Shown piece after piece: positions 52,073 to 64,000 of a DNA stretch of 64,000 bases. Each line of letters opens with the position of its first letter. Positions within the stretch are counted from its first letter, which is position 1. Made by a program: the position numbers and the translations under genes. The stretch spans positions 48,982,001 to 49,046,000 of the forward strand of contig NC_087436.1 in NCBI RefSeq assembly GCF_036321535.1, read 5' to 3'. This stretch comes from Camelus dromedarius. Its lineage: Eukaryota. The notes under the pieces are model-generated. The model was not told where the DNA came from, searched no databases, and saw nothing but the letters and a program-made list of their open reading frames with translations.

Positions 52073-53699
52073 CAGGCAGACCGAGGAGATATTGCAGGTT
52101 CAGTTCCAGACCATTGCAATGAAGCAAATACTGCAATAAAGTGAGTCACAGATTGTTTTTTTCAGGCTCCACAGCTAATTCTAGTTCCCAGTAAATAAAA
52201 ATTATGTTTACACTATATCGTAGTCTTTTATGTGTATAATAGCATTATGTCTAAAAAATGCACATATCATAATTTTAAAATACTTAATTGCTAAAAAATG
52301 CTAACCATCATCTGAGCCTCAGCAGGTCGTAGTCTTTTTGCTGATGAAGGGTCTTGCCTTGATGCCTTGATGTTAATTGCTGCTGACTGATCAGGGTGAT
52401 GTTTGAAGGTTGGCATGAATGTGGCAGTTTCTTAGAATAAGACAATGGTGAAGATTGCCACATTGATTGAGTCTTCCTTTCGTGAAAGGCTTCTCCATAG
52501 ATGCAATGCTGTTTAATAGCATTTTACCCACAGTAGAACTTCCTTCAAAATTAGTCAGTCCTCTGAAACCCTGCTGCTGCTTTATCAACTAAGTTTATGT
52601 AATGTTCTAAATCATTTCTTGTCGTTTCAACAACCTTCACAGCATCTTCACCAGGAGTAGATTCCATCTCAAGAAACCATTTTCTTTCCTCATCCGTAAG
52701 AAGCAACTCCTCATAGGTTTAAGATTTATCATGAGATGCAGCAGTTCAGTCACAACTTCGGGCTCCACAGCTAATTCTAGTTCTCTTGCTGTTTTCATTG
52801 CATCTGCAGTTTCTTCCTCCCTTGAAATATTGAACCCCTCAAAATCATCCATGAAGGCTAGAATCAACTTCTTCCAAACTACTTTGAATGTTGGTATTTT
52901 GACCTCTTTTGATAAATCACAAATGTTCTTAATGGCATCTAAAATGGTGAAAACTTTCAAGAGGTTTTCCTTTTACTTTGCCCAGATCCGTCAGCAGCAT
53001 TGCTATCGATGGTAGCTATAGCCTTATGAAATGTATTTCTTAAATAATAAGACTTGCGAGTCAAAATTATTCCTTGATCCATGTGCTGCAGAATGGATGT
53101 TGTGTTAGCAGACTTGAAAACAACATTAATTCATCGTACATCTTCATCAGAGCTCTTGGGTGAACAGGAGTGTTGTCACTGAGCAGTCATATTTTGAAAA
53201 AACTTTTTTCTTTGAGCAATAGGTCTCAAGAGTGGGCTTAAAGTATTCAGTGAGCCATGGCATGAACAGATGTGCCGTCATCCAAGTTTTGTTGTTCCAC
53301 TGATAGAGCTCAGGCAGGAGTAGATTACACATCATTCTTAAGTGCTCTAAGATTTTCAGAATGGTAAATGAGCATTGGCTTCAACTTAAAGTCACCAGCT
53401 GCATTAGCTCCTAACAAGAGATGCAGCCTGTCCTTTGAAGCTTGGAAGCCAGGCACTGACTTCTCCTCTTTAGCTATGAAAGTTCTAGACAGCATCTTCT
53501 TCCAATGTAAGTCTGTTTTCTCTAATTGAAAATCTGTTGTTTAGTGTAGCCACCTTCATGAATGATCTTAGCTAGATCTTCTGGATAACTTGCTGCAGCT
53601 TCTACATCAGCACTTGCTGCTTCACCTTGCACTTTGATGTTATGGTGATGCCTTCTTAAACCTCATGAGAGTGAAGTACGACAAACTATGGTATGCCTG
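52073..53699 (-). mobile_element. Tigger1 DNA transposon, internally deleted, both ends retained
   Basis: TA|caggcagacc...ggtatgcctg|TA. Decayed DDE-transposase peptides in the ORF track ([42 protein letters not shown]). Confidence 0.92.
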
Positions 53700-55237
53700 T
53701 AGGGTTAGCATGCATAATTGTGTAGTATCTAGGCACACAGTACGCACAGTGAATATCTGGAAAGGCTCTCACTACACATGATGTAATCAGAGAACAAGAA
53801 AAGTTATCAGAGTTTGAGCACAGACATATAGAGAAGAATATTTTGAAAATCAGATCAAATTGTGGTTTGAGTGCTTTGTTTGGTATGATTATTTTGTTGT
53901 TGTTGTTCATTTGTACATATGTATAAGAACATAAGTAGAGAAAAGATACAGGACCTGAGCTTCTCTGGTAGGTTTATCTCAATCCAAAATCTTATTTGAT
54001 TTACGATTCATTGAAAGAAAATTTCAACTATAATTATATGTTAATTATATTCTAGATATGAAAAATCAAATATGTAAAAACAATTTCTCTTGCAACTGCA
54101 AAATAACAAATCTTCAGTTTCGTCAGAGGAATATTGAGTTTGTTTTCCAAGAATGTATTCATTAAAAGAAATCTAATTTCACATCTTAATTTAATATTTC
54201 ACTCCCACACAGAAATGCTCAGGAGAAAAAAGCAAACACACTCTATGAGATTATAATTGCAATGTTTAAATAATATTCCATTAAGTTTTGAATATTTTAA
54301 AACCAGTAGCACCATTGTAACAGAATGACCATCCTAAATGTTTGACTGGTGTGACATTAACAAGCAAGTCAAACTCTAGGAGAATATTTTCAAATACATC
54401 ATTTCTATTTTTTGATGTATAAGTTTTGTTAACAAAATAAAGGAGGAAATCACTCTACTTAGAATCTTCAATTAGCCGAGAACAAAAATAATTTAATTTC
54501 TTTATACCTGCTTATAAAAATGTAAGATGACATTTCAAAAGATAACCTATAGGTCCTCCAGGAGGAGGTCTGTGTGATCTTGTATGTCCTTGCTAATGAT
54601 GGCAGAATTGTAAAGGATGATCAAGAAAACACAATATGAAGAAGAGAAATATGAGATATGATAAAAACTAAAAAGCAATTCCCTCATCTGAGTTAGATTG
54701 ACACTCAGGAGCTGTGACCCTAAGGTCAGTGAAGAGATTAGGACCTCGCTTCGAAGGAACCCCTCATGGGGAAGGGCCTCTCCAGGTATCTCTTCTGGAT
54801 GTTCCCTGCACAACTGCCACACCATCTGTTTATTGTTTACTCACTCATTCATTCACTCACTCATTCACATGACAAACAGGATTATGGAGTCCACCTCTTC
54901 CTAGGTGCTAAAAATACAAATTTTCCTGTCCTTGAGAAGTTCAACCAAGTGAAAGAGACATTGACGTGTAAATGATGAACATGAGAAATGTATACAGGAT
55001 ATGACACTTAAATATATCTTGAGTGTAATAACTTGGAAAGAAAGACTTGAAAAGGTGAATAGGAGTTTATAAAGCAACCAGGATGAGGCACAACACTCTA
55101 GGCTGAGGAAACAGCAGGTATCAAGGCAAGACAATCGGAAGTAAAACGGTCCCTCAGGCCAGAGATGGAAAGAGAGTCACATTGTGAGAGGTCTTATATC
55201 TATTTTAATATTATAACATAGGGTCTCCAAACTTGAT

Positions 55238-55600
55238 TAATTTTTATTGTGGTAAAGTATAAAGAACATAACATTTACCCTGTTAACTGTCGTTAAGTGT
55301 ACAATTTGGCTTCGTTAAGTACATTCACATTGTTGTGCGACCATCACCCCCATCCATCTCCAGAACTTTTTCATCTCCCCAAACTGAAGCTCTGGACCCA
55401 TTAAACACTAACTCCCTTCCCCCCTTTGCCCCCAGCCTCTGGCAACCACCATTCTACTTTTTGCGTCTATGTATTTGACTATTTCAGGGACCACTTTTCA
55501 GTGGAGTCATATGATATTTGTACTTTAGTGTCTGGTTTATTTCACTTAGCATAACGTCTTCAAGCTTTGTCCCTGTTGTAGCACGTGGCAGAATTTCATC
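55238..55600 (-). mobile_element. L1 3' end (L1MB-like)
   Basis: Same family motifs as 46495-46910. Confidence 0.85.
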
Positions 55601-56249
55601 CCAGATGTTTTTGTTCATGTGTCAGCTGAACTGTTTTTGAGGAAGTACCTCTAATACCTGCATAGTATTAATATATCACATACATTATAAAGAAGACACA
55701 AAAAAATAGGTATTTCCAAAGGATAAGACTAAAAACTAACTTACTTTTCCTTTTCATAATGAATTGTCTCAAAAATGCCCCAGGCTACCTGAACCTCTCT
55801 TTGGATACCACTGTTAGAGAACAAGGAAAAGTACTGAGGAGTATTATGCAGAGGAACAACAGTTTGACGCTCTGACTCAGTTTCCCATCAGGCCCCCTCG
55901 TCCTGCTGTGTGCTATAGAGTTAGTGAGGAGGAACAGGCTTTAAAGACTAGATAATTCAAATCACTAGATGTGTACCTTCAGGGTGGAATGTTCTAGGGA
56001 ATCTAGGAAGTACACACCTCGTTCATGGCAGCGGTGTGTCTTGCTAACTTCACATAAAATATTTTGTTGAAAAGCATGAACTATTGCTGGTCACTGTTGA
56101 CTTGAAGACTGCAGGTGAAGTACTGATAGAACTTAAGGGTCTCTTGATATTTCTAAGTATTGTTCAAAATTTTATCAGAATCAGTCTATCCCTTAAAAAC
56201 AAACCACAAAAGAGGTGCTACTGAAAACTGGAGTTTAGGACAATAGAGA

Positions 56250-56480
56250 CTGCATGGTGTTTGAAAAAGCATGGACCTTGGAGCCAAGGAGACCTCAGTA
56301 AAACTCTGACTTCGCCACTTACTAGCTGTGTAATACTGAGCAAGTGCTTATACCTCCCTTAACCTTAAATTTGTTATCCCTAAATATTTGACAGTAACTT
56401 CTTAGCGAAGTTGTTAAGAGCATGGAGTGATGTAATGTACCTGCGTGCCCAGTACAGATGCTGGTTGGTATTAGTACCAT
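56250..56480 (+). mobile_element. MIR SINE
   Basis: ctctgacttcgccacttactagctgtgtaatactgagcaagtgctta. Confidence 0.7.
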
Positions 56481-56734
56481 CTTTGTCATCTGTGAAGCCC
56501 AAACAGGAAAACTAGCTTTATTGCTTTGTTCCACATACTAGGACATGTTTAATCCCTCTATCTGGAATGCCCTCTGCACGCTGCTAAAAGGATCCAAACT
56601 GGATTTCAGGATTCAGATTTCAGCTATCTCTTGTTTTGACACTTTAGAGGTACAAACTCTTTCTCATCACAATCCCTATATTTGATTTACTTGTGTCTTT
56701 AATATAATAATAACCACTAATTTGGAGCTGGTGC

Positions 56735-57142
56735 TGTGATGAGCTGACCAGTTCCCCTTCAGGAATAAAGGGCGCATGGCCCCCACTGCTGGGAGCATCA
56801 CCATCCGACAGCCCCTTTTCAGGAATTATCTCAGATGAGAGCACCTGTCAGGTCATGCCCCCTTCCCACGGTGGCCCCATCCAATAACTTGAAGGCTGAT
56901 ATAGGGGTCCAGGTCCTTCACATGGCTGGGACAACTCCAAAGGATCATCTCATCTTCAGAACTTGCTTTAGAGTTGGCTAAGTCTTCCACTGAGACCATA
57001 TCACAGGGCAACCTCTCTCTCTCCCCATCATCTGCTCTTCTCCTCTCTTCCCCTGGTTGTGATTATAAGAACATTCCCTAATAAACCTCCTGCACCCAAA
57101 TTTCCATCTCAGACTCTGCAACCCAGGAAGCCAACCTGCACC
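56735..57142 (+). mobile_element. ERVL solo LTR (LTR16-like)
   Basis: 3' end taataaacctcctgcacccaaatttccatctcagactctgcaacccaggaagccaacctgca resembles LTR16. Confidence 0.7.
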
Positions 57143-57684
57143 CTTATTTCAGGCACTTAGGCTACAATTATTGGTTCACTGCCTGTCTTGCTCAATAGAC
57201 TGGGTTTGCTTCTGGTTGATTTTTATATTCTCAGGCTCTAGTTAATATCTGGCACATATGAACACCTAGCAAATGCCTGTTGAATCAATTCATTAAAACT
57301 GAGATTTCATTTCTTTGACCAAGAAATTCTATTTTCTTGTTTCTTTTTTTCTTTATATTCTTTCCTTTTACAGAAAAAGAAATTAGAGGAGTTAACTCAA
57401 AAATTGCCTCTAATTAAGTAGTGGGAAAATGGAAATCACAGAGCTGTAAAAGCCAATATACCAATAAGGATCAATATAGTTGTAATCAGTCATTGAATAT
57501 TTTTTAATTATTGAGTAAGTAGTCTTTGAGCTGAGCATCTACCCTATACCAGGCACAGCTTAAGTGTTAAAATAAGACTAAATCTCTATCCGCCAAGGAG
57601 AATTATATTCAAGTGGAAGAGAGGGGGCAAAAATAGAATAGAATAGCATCCTTTCAGAGAGCAGTAGGTGGTATGAAGGTCACT

Positions 57685-58256
57685 GAAGGAGATCAGAACA
57701 TACCACCCCCAAATATGCCACCTTGACATGCTGATTACTTTGAGCTGAAGGCAGTTCAGTAACAGGAGATTCAGGAAGGGTCCTCTGCTCTCCCCCTTTC
57801 TACCTAAAAGGAAGGTATAAATTCCCTGTGAGAAAGATGCCCTTCCTGCATCAGAAAGAGGAGAGAATTCTTTTCACCAGAAACAGGGAGTTGATATCAA
57901 GATGAGTCTATATACAGAAGCCTTACTAAAATAACCCTTATATTCCATTAGTTTCCCCCATGTGTTTCCTGTTCACTTTCTCACAAGTTAATACCCCTAG
58001 CTCAAATCCCTCTTTCTTTTGTCTTGCCACATATCCACAATTTATCACTCTTTGTTAAAATGGTATATAAGCCCCTGGGTATAACTGCTTTGAAATTTTC
58101 ACTTCTTCCTATGAAGCCCTCTGTGCCATGCAAAAATATTAACATCAAATAAAATGTGATTGCTTTTTCTCCTGTTATTCTGTCCTTTGGGAGTTTCACT
58201 CACAGGTCCCAGTCACAGAACCTAAAAGGATTATGGAAAAGTCTTTCCTCCCCTAA
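57685..58256 (+). mobile_element. ERV1 solo LTR (MER34-like)
   Basis: Starts tgaaggagatcagaacataccaccccaaaatatgcc; TATA (gtatataagc) near 58065; aataaa near 58148; ends ttcctcccctaa. Confidence 0.8.
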
Positions 58257-59489
58257 TAGAAGGATGGTCAGGGAGGACTCTCCCAGAAAGTGAGCAGAGA
58301 TCCCAATGATGAGAATCTATACTTGCAGGGATTTGGGGAAGAAACTTTTACGCAAGGAAAGCAGCTAATGTAAAGGCCAGGCGTTAAGTACAAAATTGAC
58401 TCTAAGCTCCAGACAGCCAAATATAGTTAAGTTGCTTGTTTTTTTAATCTACAAGAGGGGCATATTCTAATTCTTGAGAGGAGCCAGAGTTTTTTCTTGA
58501 GTAAAACTGGATGGCACTGAGAGAGGTAAACAATGTCTTCATCAACTATTTCACAACAAAGACAGAAGCAGAAATCTGTGACAGCTTTTGTAGTGACATT
58601 GGAGACCTAACATTAGGAAGCATTCAGGAAAGACAGTTTCTATGCCCTCACATACAATGGCTCAGTGTACTTAGAGCAGCAACTAGATGACATGACCTTT
58701 AGATTTTCTTCTAAGAGCTGGATGTCAGTCAGTCAAGGTCACATTCACTGTCACGGGCCTCAGTGCAGGTATCACAGAGTATTCATTTATTCTCCGACTC
58801 ATTACAAGAAAAAAGTTGTTCAGAACAACCTGGGACAAAGGCTTTTAATCATAACCCTCTATTTCCCTGCTGCATTTAAGACATAATTCAGGCTTACTTC
58901 ATAGAATTCTATTGAAATTCCCAGATAAGGAGCTGCTTGTTTCCAGTATATGATTCCATTCTTTTCATTTGCAAATGTATACACCACCACTACCACCACC
59001 CACTACTATAGAGTAGGGTTTTCAGTTTTTTGGATGTATAGTAAGTTTTATTGAGATGCAAATAAAAGACAACAGGCATAAAATTCAAGAAATCATGTCA
59101 AGATACCCAAGGAAGTGGGAAATTAAGCTACTACAATAGGGCAGGTTTGCTTAACCTAACTTTGTAATTTTGTTTCCTGACAATTAAACCAAAAGATAGT
59201 ATTTATTAAACAGCGACAACATGCCAGAAGAGGACTGCCACAATAATTCCAAAGATAGGATTTGCATTCCAAAGTGAAAAATTTAGCAGGTCAAGTTTTA
59301 TCATAGTATCAGAGGAATGTCATCACATCACAAAACGAGTATTGCAAACCTCAACATGCTTTGACTTCTTATTAACTGATAAACCATACAGATAAAATTC
59401 CTACTTAGTCAATGAACGAGATGCACTAAATTTTACAAATATTTGAAGCGTTCTTTATCAACTCTAAGCTCTACTACCAGGAGCTCAAG

Positions 59490-59965
59490 TCCAAGACATA
59501 TCCCCCCAAATTTGCTGCTTTGCCACCTTATTTGAGCTGAAAGCATTTGAAAAGCAGCAAACGCAGGGAGAGGCTTTCTCTGCACCTAAAGACAGATTCT
59601 CCAAAGGAAGCTCAGTTGTCAACCAGGGAACACTGACTCCTGTCACAGGACAGAAGACTAAAAATCGACACCACAGCCGGACAGGCACAGATAGTCACCA
59701 ACTCTTACCTCTCCCCTAGATTCTTCTAAGGGCCCATTCATCTTTCCTAGTTATTTATGCTCCCCCAAGTGGACCGCATTCCTCCTTCCTTTCCCCTATT
59801 AAGATAGTTTATAAGCTCTCTAATCTTAACCTTTTTTGAGATATTCACTTTTTTTCCCTGTGATGCCTCCCTGGCACATAATATTCAAATCAACATACCT
59901 GTATACATTTCCTCCTGTTAATCTGCCTGTTGTTAGTTTATTTCACAGACCCAGCTATTGATTTC
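59490..59965 (+). mobile_element. ERV1 LTR remnant (MER34/MER39 group)
   Basis: Shares ccccccaaat..., tttgagctgaa and ctcctgttaatctg motifs with the LTR at 57685. Confidence 0.65.
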
Positions 59966-61664
59966 TGAGAGAGAAATTACTTAGCTTTAAAAGTGCCTTG
60001 ACTTTTTATAAAGATTTGCCCTTCAAACTCTAGAACACACCTTATTTGTAATGATGTCACATTACTGATACAAGTACTTCCCATTTCACTAAAGGGAGTA
60101 TAGAGGCAGGTAAATGGGAAGGGGTTCCTTAATACTCAAAGAACAGGCAATGTGTTCTCACAACCTCTCCGCCCAACCCTGAATAGACCATTTCCTCCTC
60201 TTGTGGACACACTGACCTCACCTCTACTTCTGTCCTGCCCCTTTATTGCATTTGTTTACCTGTCTTATTTTTTCCTGAGACTTCAGGCCCCTTTGGAGTA
60301 AAAGTCAGACACTTTTTTTCTTAATGATTTTGTAGTTGTAATTCCTGGTACATGTTCTGTTTTATGCTCACTATATAACATATTCAATAAATGCCAGTTA
60401 ACTGAACAAGTCTGTTGAAGGAATGAAGACGCCACTAACAGCAGGCTGGCATCGAACTGTTATTGTACAACTTAGGGCTTAGTAGGAATGACTATGTTGA
60501 TGTGATCACAATCTTTTACAAAGGTTTCTGATCTGCTCATTAAAACCATGATCTACTGTTTATTTAGTAGCTCTTACCTCCTGTACCAATTTTTTTTTTA
60601 AATTACAACTTAGGATTCACATTATTAAGATGATGTTGGTCAGAAATTGAATTGAAGGGGTAGACTGTATAGTTAAGAGGTGAGCTCTGGGACACCAAAG
60701 AAAGACCTTACATATCTTAGAACTCTAGAGAACTTGCTTCCAGAGACAGAGCAGTGAATTGTATAACGCAAATGGCAACACAGCACTGAACAACAACGGA
60801 CTAAATAATTTGAAGTTGCTCTCTGGGCCATCTCTCTGAGGGCTCTAACCAGCTCAGGTCTTTATTCAGTGCCTCCCAGGGAACTACCAGGTCCAAGGTA
60901 GGCAGAGTTAAAACTCTTGGCATTGCAATAATAAAGAACCTCATAAGGTAATTTAGGACCCATCTGTGTGATGATGGGTATCAGACAGACCAGAGTGCAA
61001 AACACAGAACTGCTTGCTTCAAACAGTAATGAGAAAATGACTTCTACTGTTGCCAGAGCAGTTACAGAAGAATCATACTAAAAGGTCTATAAGGCATTAG
61101 GTATCAGACTTGGATCTTATCGAGTTACATCTGAAGAATGTTACTTATCAGGAGGCCAGCCTATCTCTGCAGCTCTGCTGTGCTCCTCCACACTCCCTGA
61201 CAATTTTTCTCCAGCAGAGACAGTTCTAGGACCATGGATTAACTCCTGAGTCTTTCCTTCTGTCTTCAAAGACAGGAGCCAACAGAACACAGGAAAACCA
61301 CAAATCCAGTGGTGTATGTAAGAAGCCTGAGGTCTTCCGCAAAGTAACCGACAAACTCTTCTGTATTTCGTGACCACAGACTTATTTTTTAGTTAAGTTT
61401 AGAAAGTGAATAACAAAAAGCAGCTTCCATTTTTATTTTGCTAATGGAAAATCTGGATCAAAAAGATACTGAATTAGTGAATCTCAGACAGAAAAAAACA
61501 TGTTATTACAGATAAAGTAATGGCCTTTTCCTGAATTTCTTATGTGTGGTCTCTTCATCAAAGGACAGAAAAGAGTTGAAATAGATTAGCTGATTAGTAA
61601 ATTTGGACTAATAAAGGGCAAATCCTGTTCTATCATTATGGTAACCATCATTCCTAAAATTAAA

Positions 61665-61915
61665 AATAACGACCATTTATAGAGCACACACCACATGTCA
61701 GCTAATATACTAGGTGTTTCATGTAATTACCTAATTTTATTCTCCCAACTACACAATGTGGTAATTATCATTATCGTACTTTCACAGATAGAGAAACTGA
61801 AGCTCAGAAATTTTAAGTGATTTTCTCAAAGTCTTACAGGTAGTAAACAGAAGAGCCAGGATGGGAAACCAAATGTGTATGACTTTAAAATTTGCATTCT
61901 TTCCAATGTATCCAT
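61665..61915 (-). mobile_element. MIR SINE
   Basis: tttcacagatagagaaactgaagctcagaaattttaagtgattttctcaaagtcttacag. Confidence 0.75.
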
Positions 61916-63098
61916 GGCCTTGAGAAAAATTAATTTCAAAGCTCAAACAATACCCGTTTCTCCATTTAAAGAAATTCTTTAAGGACAAGACTGGACTCTA
62001 CATTTTAATCCTGAGCTATCAGAATATTTTAAAAGCAGTAACTCCTAGTAGGAATCTTTAAAGATTTCATTTAAATGCATTTAATTAAACGTATTTAATG
62101 TAATTAATTTGCATAACTAAGTCCAAGCACATTTTTTGAGGAAAGAGACCTGCTAAGTGCGAGCTTGTCTATTGGTCCTTCTAGGTTCATCATAGTTTTT
62201 CAGTCCAGAATGACAACTCGTAGTGGGATTAGGAGAGTTCAAACATAGTGTGCCTCAAAGCGGGAGAGACAGGTTCTGAGGGATCACATAACGAGTACTG
62301 CAGTGGATATTTAAAACTTTGCACAATATCCACATCAAAATGAAGTTTACTAGAACGAATGACCTTCAAGAGAAAAGGAGAAGAAAAAGAAAGGGCAGAT
62401 GGGAAGGGGTAGAAATTCAGGGCCTGAAACAAGATGCGTTATAATAACCGTGCCAAATTATCTTAGGACCATCACAAAATAAACTGAAGCTATTTCCTCA
62501 AAAGTCATTCAATCTAAGCATGCTAAACATCTCTTACCATATTTGGATGTTATTCAATTCACTCTAAAGGAATGAACACCTATGTGATTTTCAGCAAATC
62601 CTGTTATGTCATCCCGGTGACTATAACATGCCTTATTTTTCACAGACATGATTGTAGCTTCATTTAAGATAACCACAATCACAGTTCAGTACAATTACCT
62701 AGATAGATCTCATGGTGTGACATCTCACACCTATCTCCTGACATAAACTATCTTTTGTAGATTTCTAAATCGTTTGCTTTCTAGAGCTTCCCACTTCTTA
62801 AATTCGGTGGAGGAGGGAGAAGGAAGAGAGAAACTATCAGAAAAAAAAAAAAAAACGACTAGACAATATTAGGAATAATTCAGAACTGGCTCTTTAACTA
62901 CGGGAGTATGTAATAGATTTCTCCTATAATATCTGAATTCCATTTACTTTCATTTTCTTATTTCTTATTTTCCTCCTTATAGAGGAGGTAATATTAGATT
63001 TTCTCCTCTGCCTTAAATGTTTTCTTTGCAAATGGAAGAGTAGGAGAAAATGAGCTGGGTGTGCAGTACCCTGGGGCAATTGGTTTCTTGTCGATTAC

Positions 63099-63294
63099 CT
63101 TGTAATTTCTGGTTGTATTCGGTCCTGTCAGACTGGCTCCTCCTCAAGGTACCAGAGTGGTCCCCAGGAACACTGCTCTCAACCACAGTGTCAGTCTTCC
63201 TTCTCTCCAGCATATAGAGCCTGGACCTCAGAAAGGGTAGATTCTTTTTCTTGGTGCCCATGTTTTCTTTCCCGGGGACTTCTTTGGGCTCCAT
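63099..63294 (-). CDS. ARHGEF38: ARHGEF38 coding exon 1 (aa 1-65 + 1 nt; MEPKEVPGKENMGTKKKNLPFLRSRLYMLERRKTDTVVESSVPGDHSGTLRRSQSDRTEYNQKLQ)
   Basis: The translation closely resembles the N-terminus of mammalian ARHGEF38 as I recall it. The ATG at 63294 has an in-frame upstream TAG (TAG AAC TTG CCT CTG CCG CTG ATG). Donor CAAG|gtaatc; 196 nt, phase 1, compatible with the next exon. Confidence 0.95.
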
Positions 63295-63465
63295 CAGCGG
63301 CAGAGGCAAGTTCTAGAGGCCCGCGAGCAGTGGCTGGTTGCTAAAGGGCCTCAGGGTGAAGATTAAAGCCACCAGCTAGAAGAGTTTAACTGCCCCCTTC
63401 CAACTAACCGGCTTCGCTGCAGGGTTACCTGGCTGTGACTGCCACCTCCACGGAGTCCCAGGGCT
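63295..63465 (-). other. ARHGEF38: Putative 5' UTR of ARHGEF38 exon 1 (upstream boundary inferred)
   Basis: Lies between the ATG and a point about 30 bp downstream of the TATA box. No upstream ATG in this interval. The TSS is inferred, not observed. Confidence 0.55.
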
Positions 63466-64000
63466 CCACCCCTATGAGGTCATTCTTTTTTATACTTAGA
63501 ATCCAACAGGGGAAGCTGCCACCTGTTACCTGAGAGACCTGCCGCAGGGAGCTAGGCAAAGCAGGGACTGCGTTCACATGCTACAGGAGCAAACAAAAAT
63601 CCATTGTGTGGGGCGAGGGCTTGGGGGCGGGGAGAGGGAAAGGAAAGTGAACCAGGTGAGGCAGGGAGGAGGGGAAGCACGCTTGTGTGTAACCTACGGC
63701 TTATGGGTGAGTGTGTGCCTGTGGGTGTGTACAGGTGCGCTGGGCCACGGCGCTGTGGTCCGCTGCCCTGAGCAGACGGGGCTGGCGTGCGTGACTTTCA
63801 GCTAGACTCACCCACACGTGACCGCGGAGCTAGCGTGGGGCTCCGAGGATTTGCATTCACATCACAACAGCGGGTACAGAATCGTCTTAAGGATTCCTGT
63901 GCCGCATTCAAACTCATGCTTCCGCCCCTAAACACAGCATTCAGAGACTGTTTACTAAAATCATACCCGCCGAACCCTGATCCGCATTCCTCAGAAAACA
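63400..64000 (-). promoter_or_regulatory. ARHGEF38: ARHGEF38 proximal promoter
   Basis: TATAAAAAA on the minus strand at 63494-63486, GC box GGGGGCGGGG at 63623-63632, several CAGGTG/CAGGTA boxes, and raised GC/CpG relative to the introns. Directly upstream of the first coding exon. Confidence 0.7.

Noticed and set aside
52391..53335. Domesticated transposase gene (TIGD-like)
   Set aside because: Fragmented across frames, with the N-terminal DNA-binding region deleted.
63013..63309. 98-aa ORF with a TTG start and C-terminal extension
   Set aside because: The real start is the ATG at 63294, and residues after QKLQ are intron 1 read-through.
1..64000. CRISPR arrays, operons or other prokaryote-type systems
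   Set aside because: No regularly spaced repeat-spacer arrays or gene-dense regions; the sequence is mammalian intronic DNA.

Overview
Mammalian, CpG-depleted, repeat-rich genomic DNA. The lineage is probably a camelid; this is inferred from tRNA-Ala-derived SINEs and a young L1 3' tail resembling camelid families. The window holds the 5' part of one protein-coding gene on the minus strand, ARHGEF38 (Dbl-family Rho GEF): a TATA-containing promoter near 63.3-64.0 kb and coding exons at 63099-63294 (196 nt), 39016-39203 (188 nt) and 14638-14761 (124 nt). All three have GT-AG sites and phases that splice into one open frame (169 codons + 1 nt) entering the DH domain. I found no further exon in 1-14637, so the gene presumably continues beyond the left edge. 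Nearly all other ORFs in the track are chance ORFs or decayed transposon fragments. The introns contain L1, L2, MIR, MaLR/ERV LTRs, Tigger1, MER2, MER20, SINEs and microsatellites. Repeat subfamily names are from memory of consensus sequences and most repeat boundaries are approximate. I cannot support a wholly new biological system here. The best candidates for a second look are: (1) a CpG-rich 287-bp solo-LTR-like element I do not recognise, carrying ARE/AP-1, NRF1-like and TATA motifs, nested in a twin-primed inverted L1 inside an L2; (2) a ZEB E-box/GRHL-like motif cluster at the promoter; (3) a templated 27-nt insertion in Tigger1.
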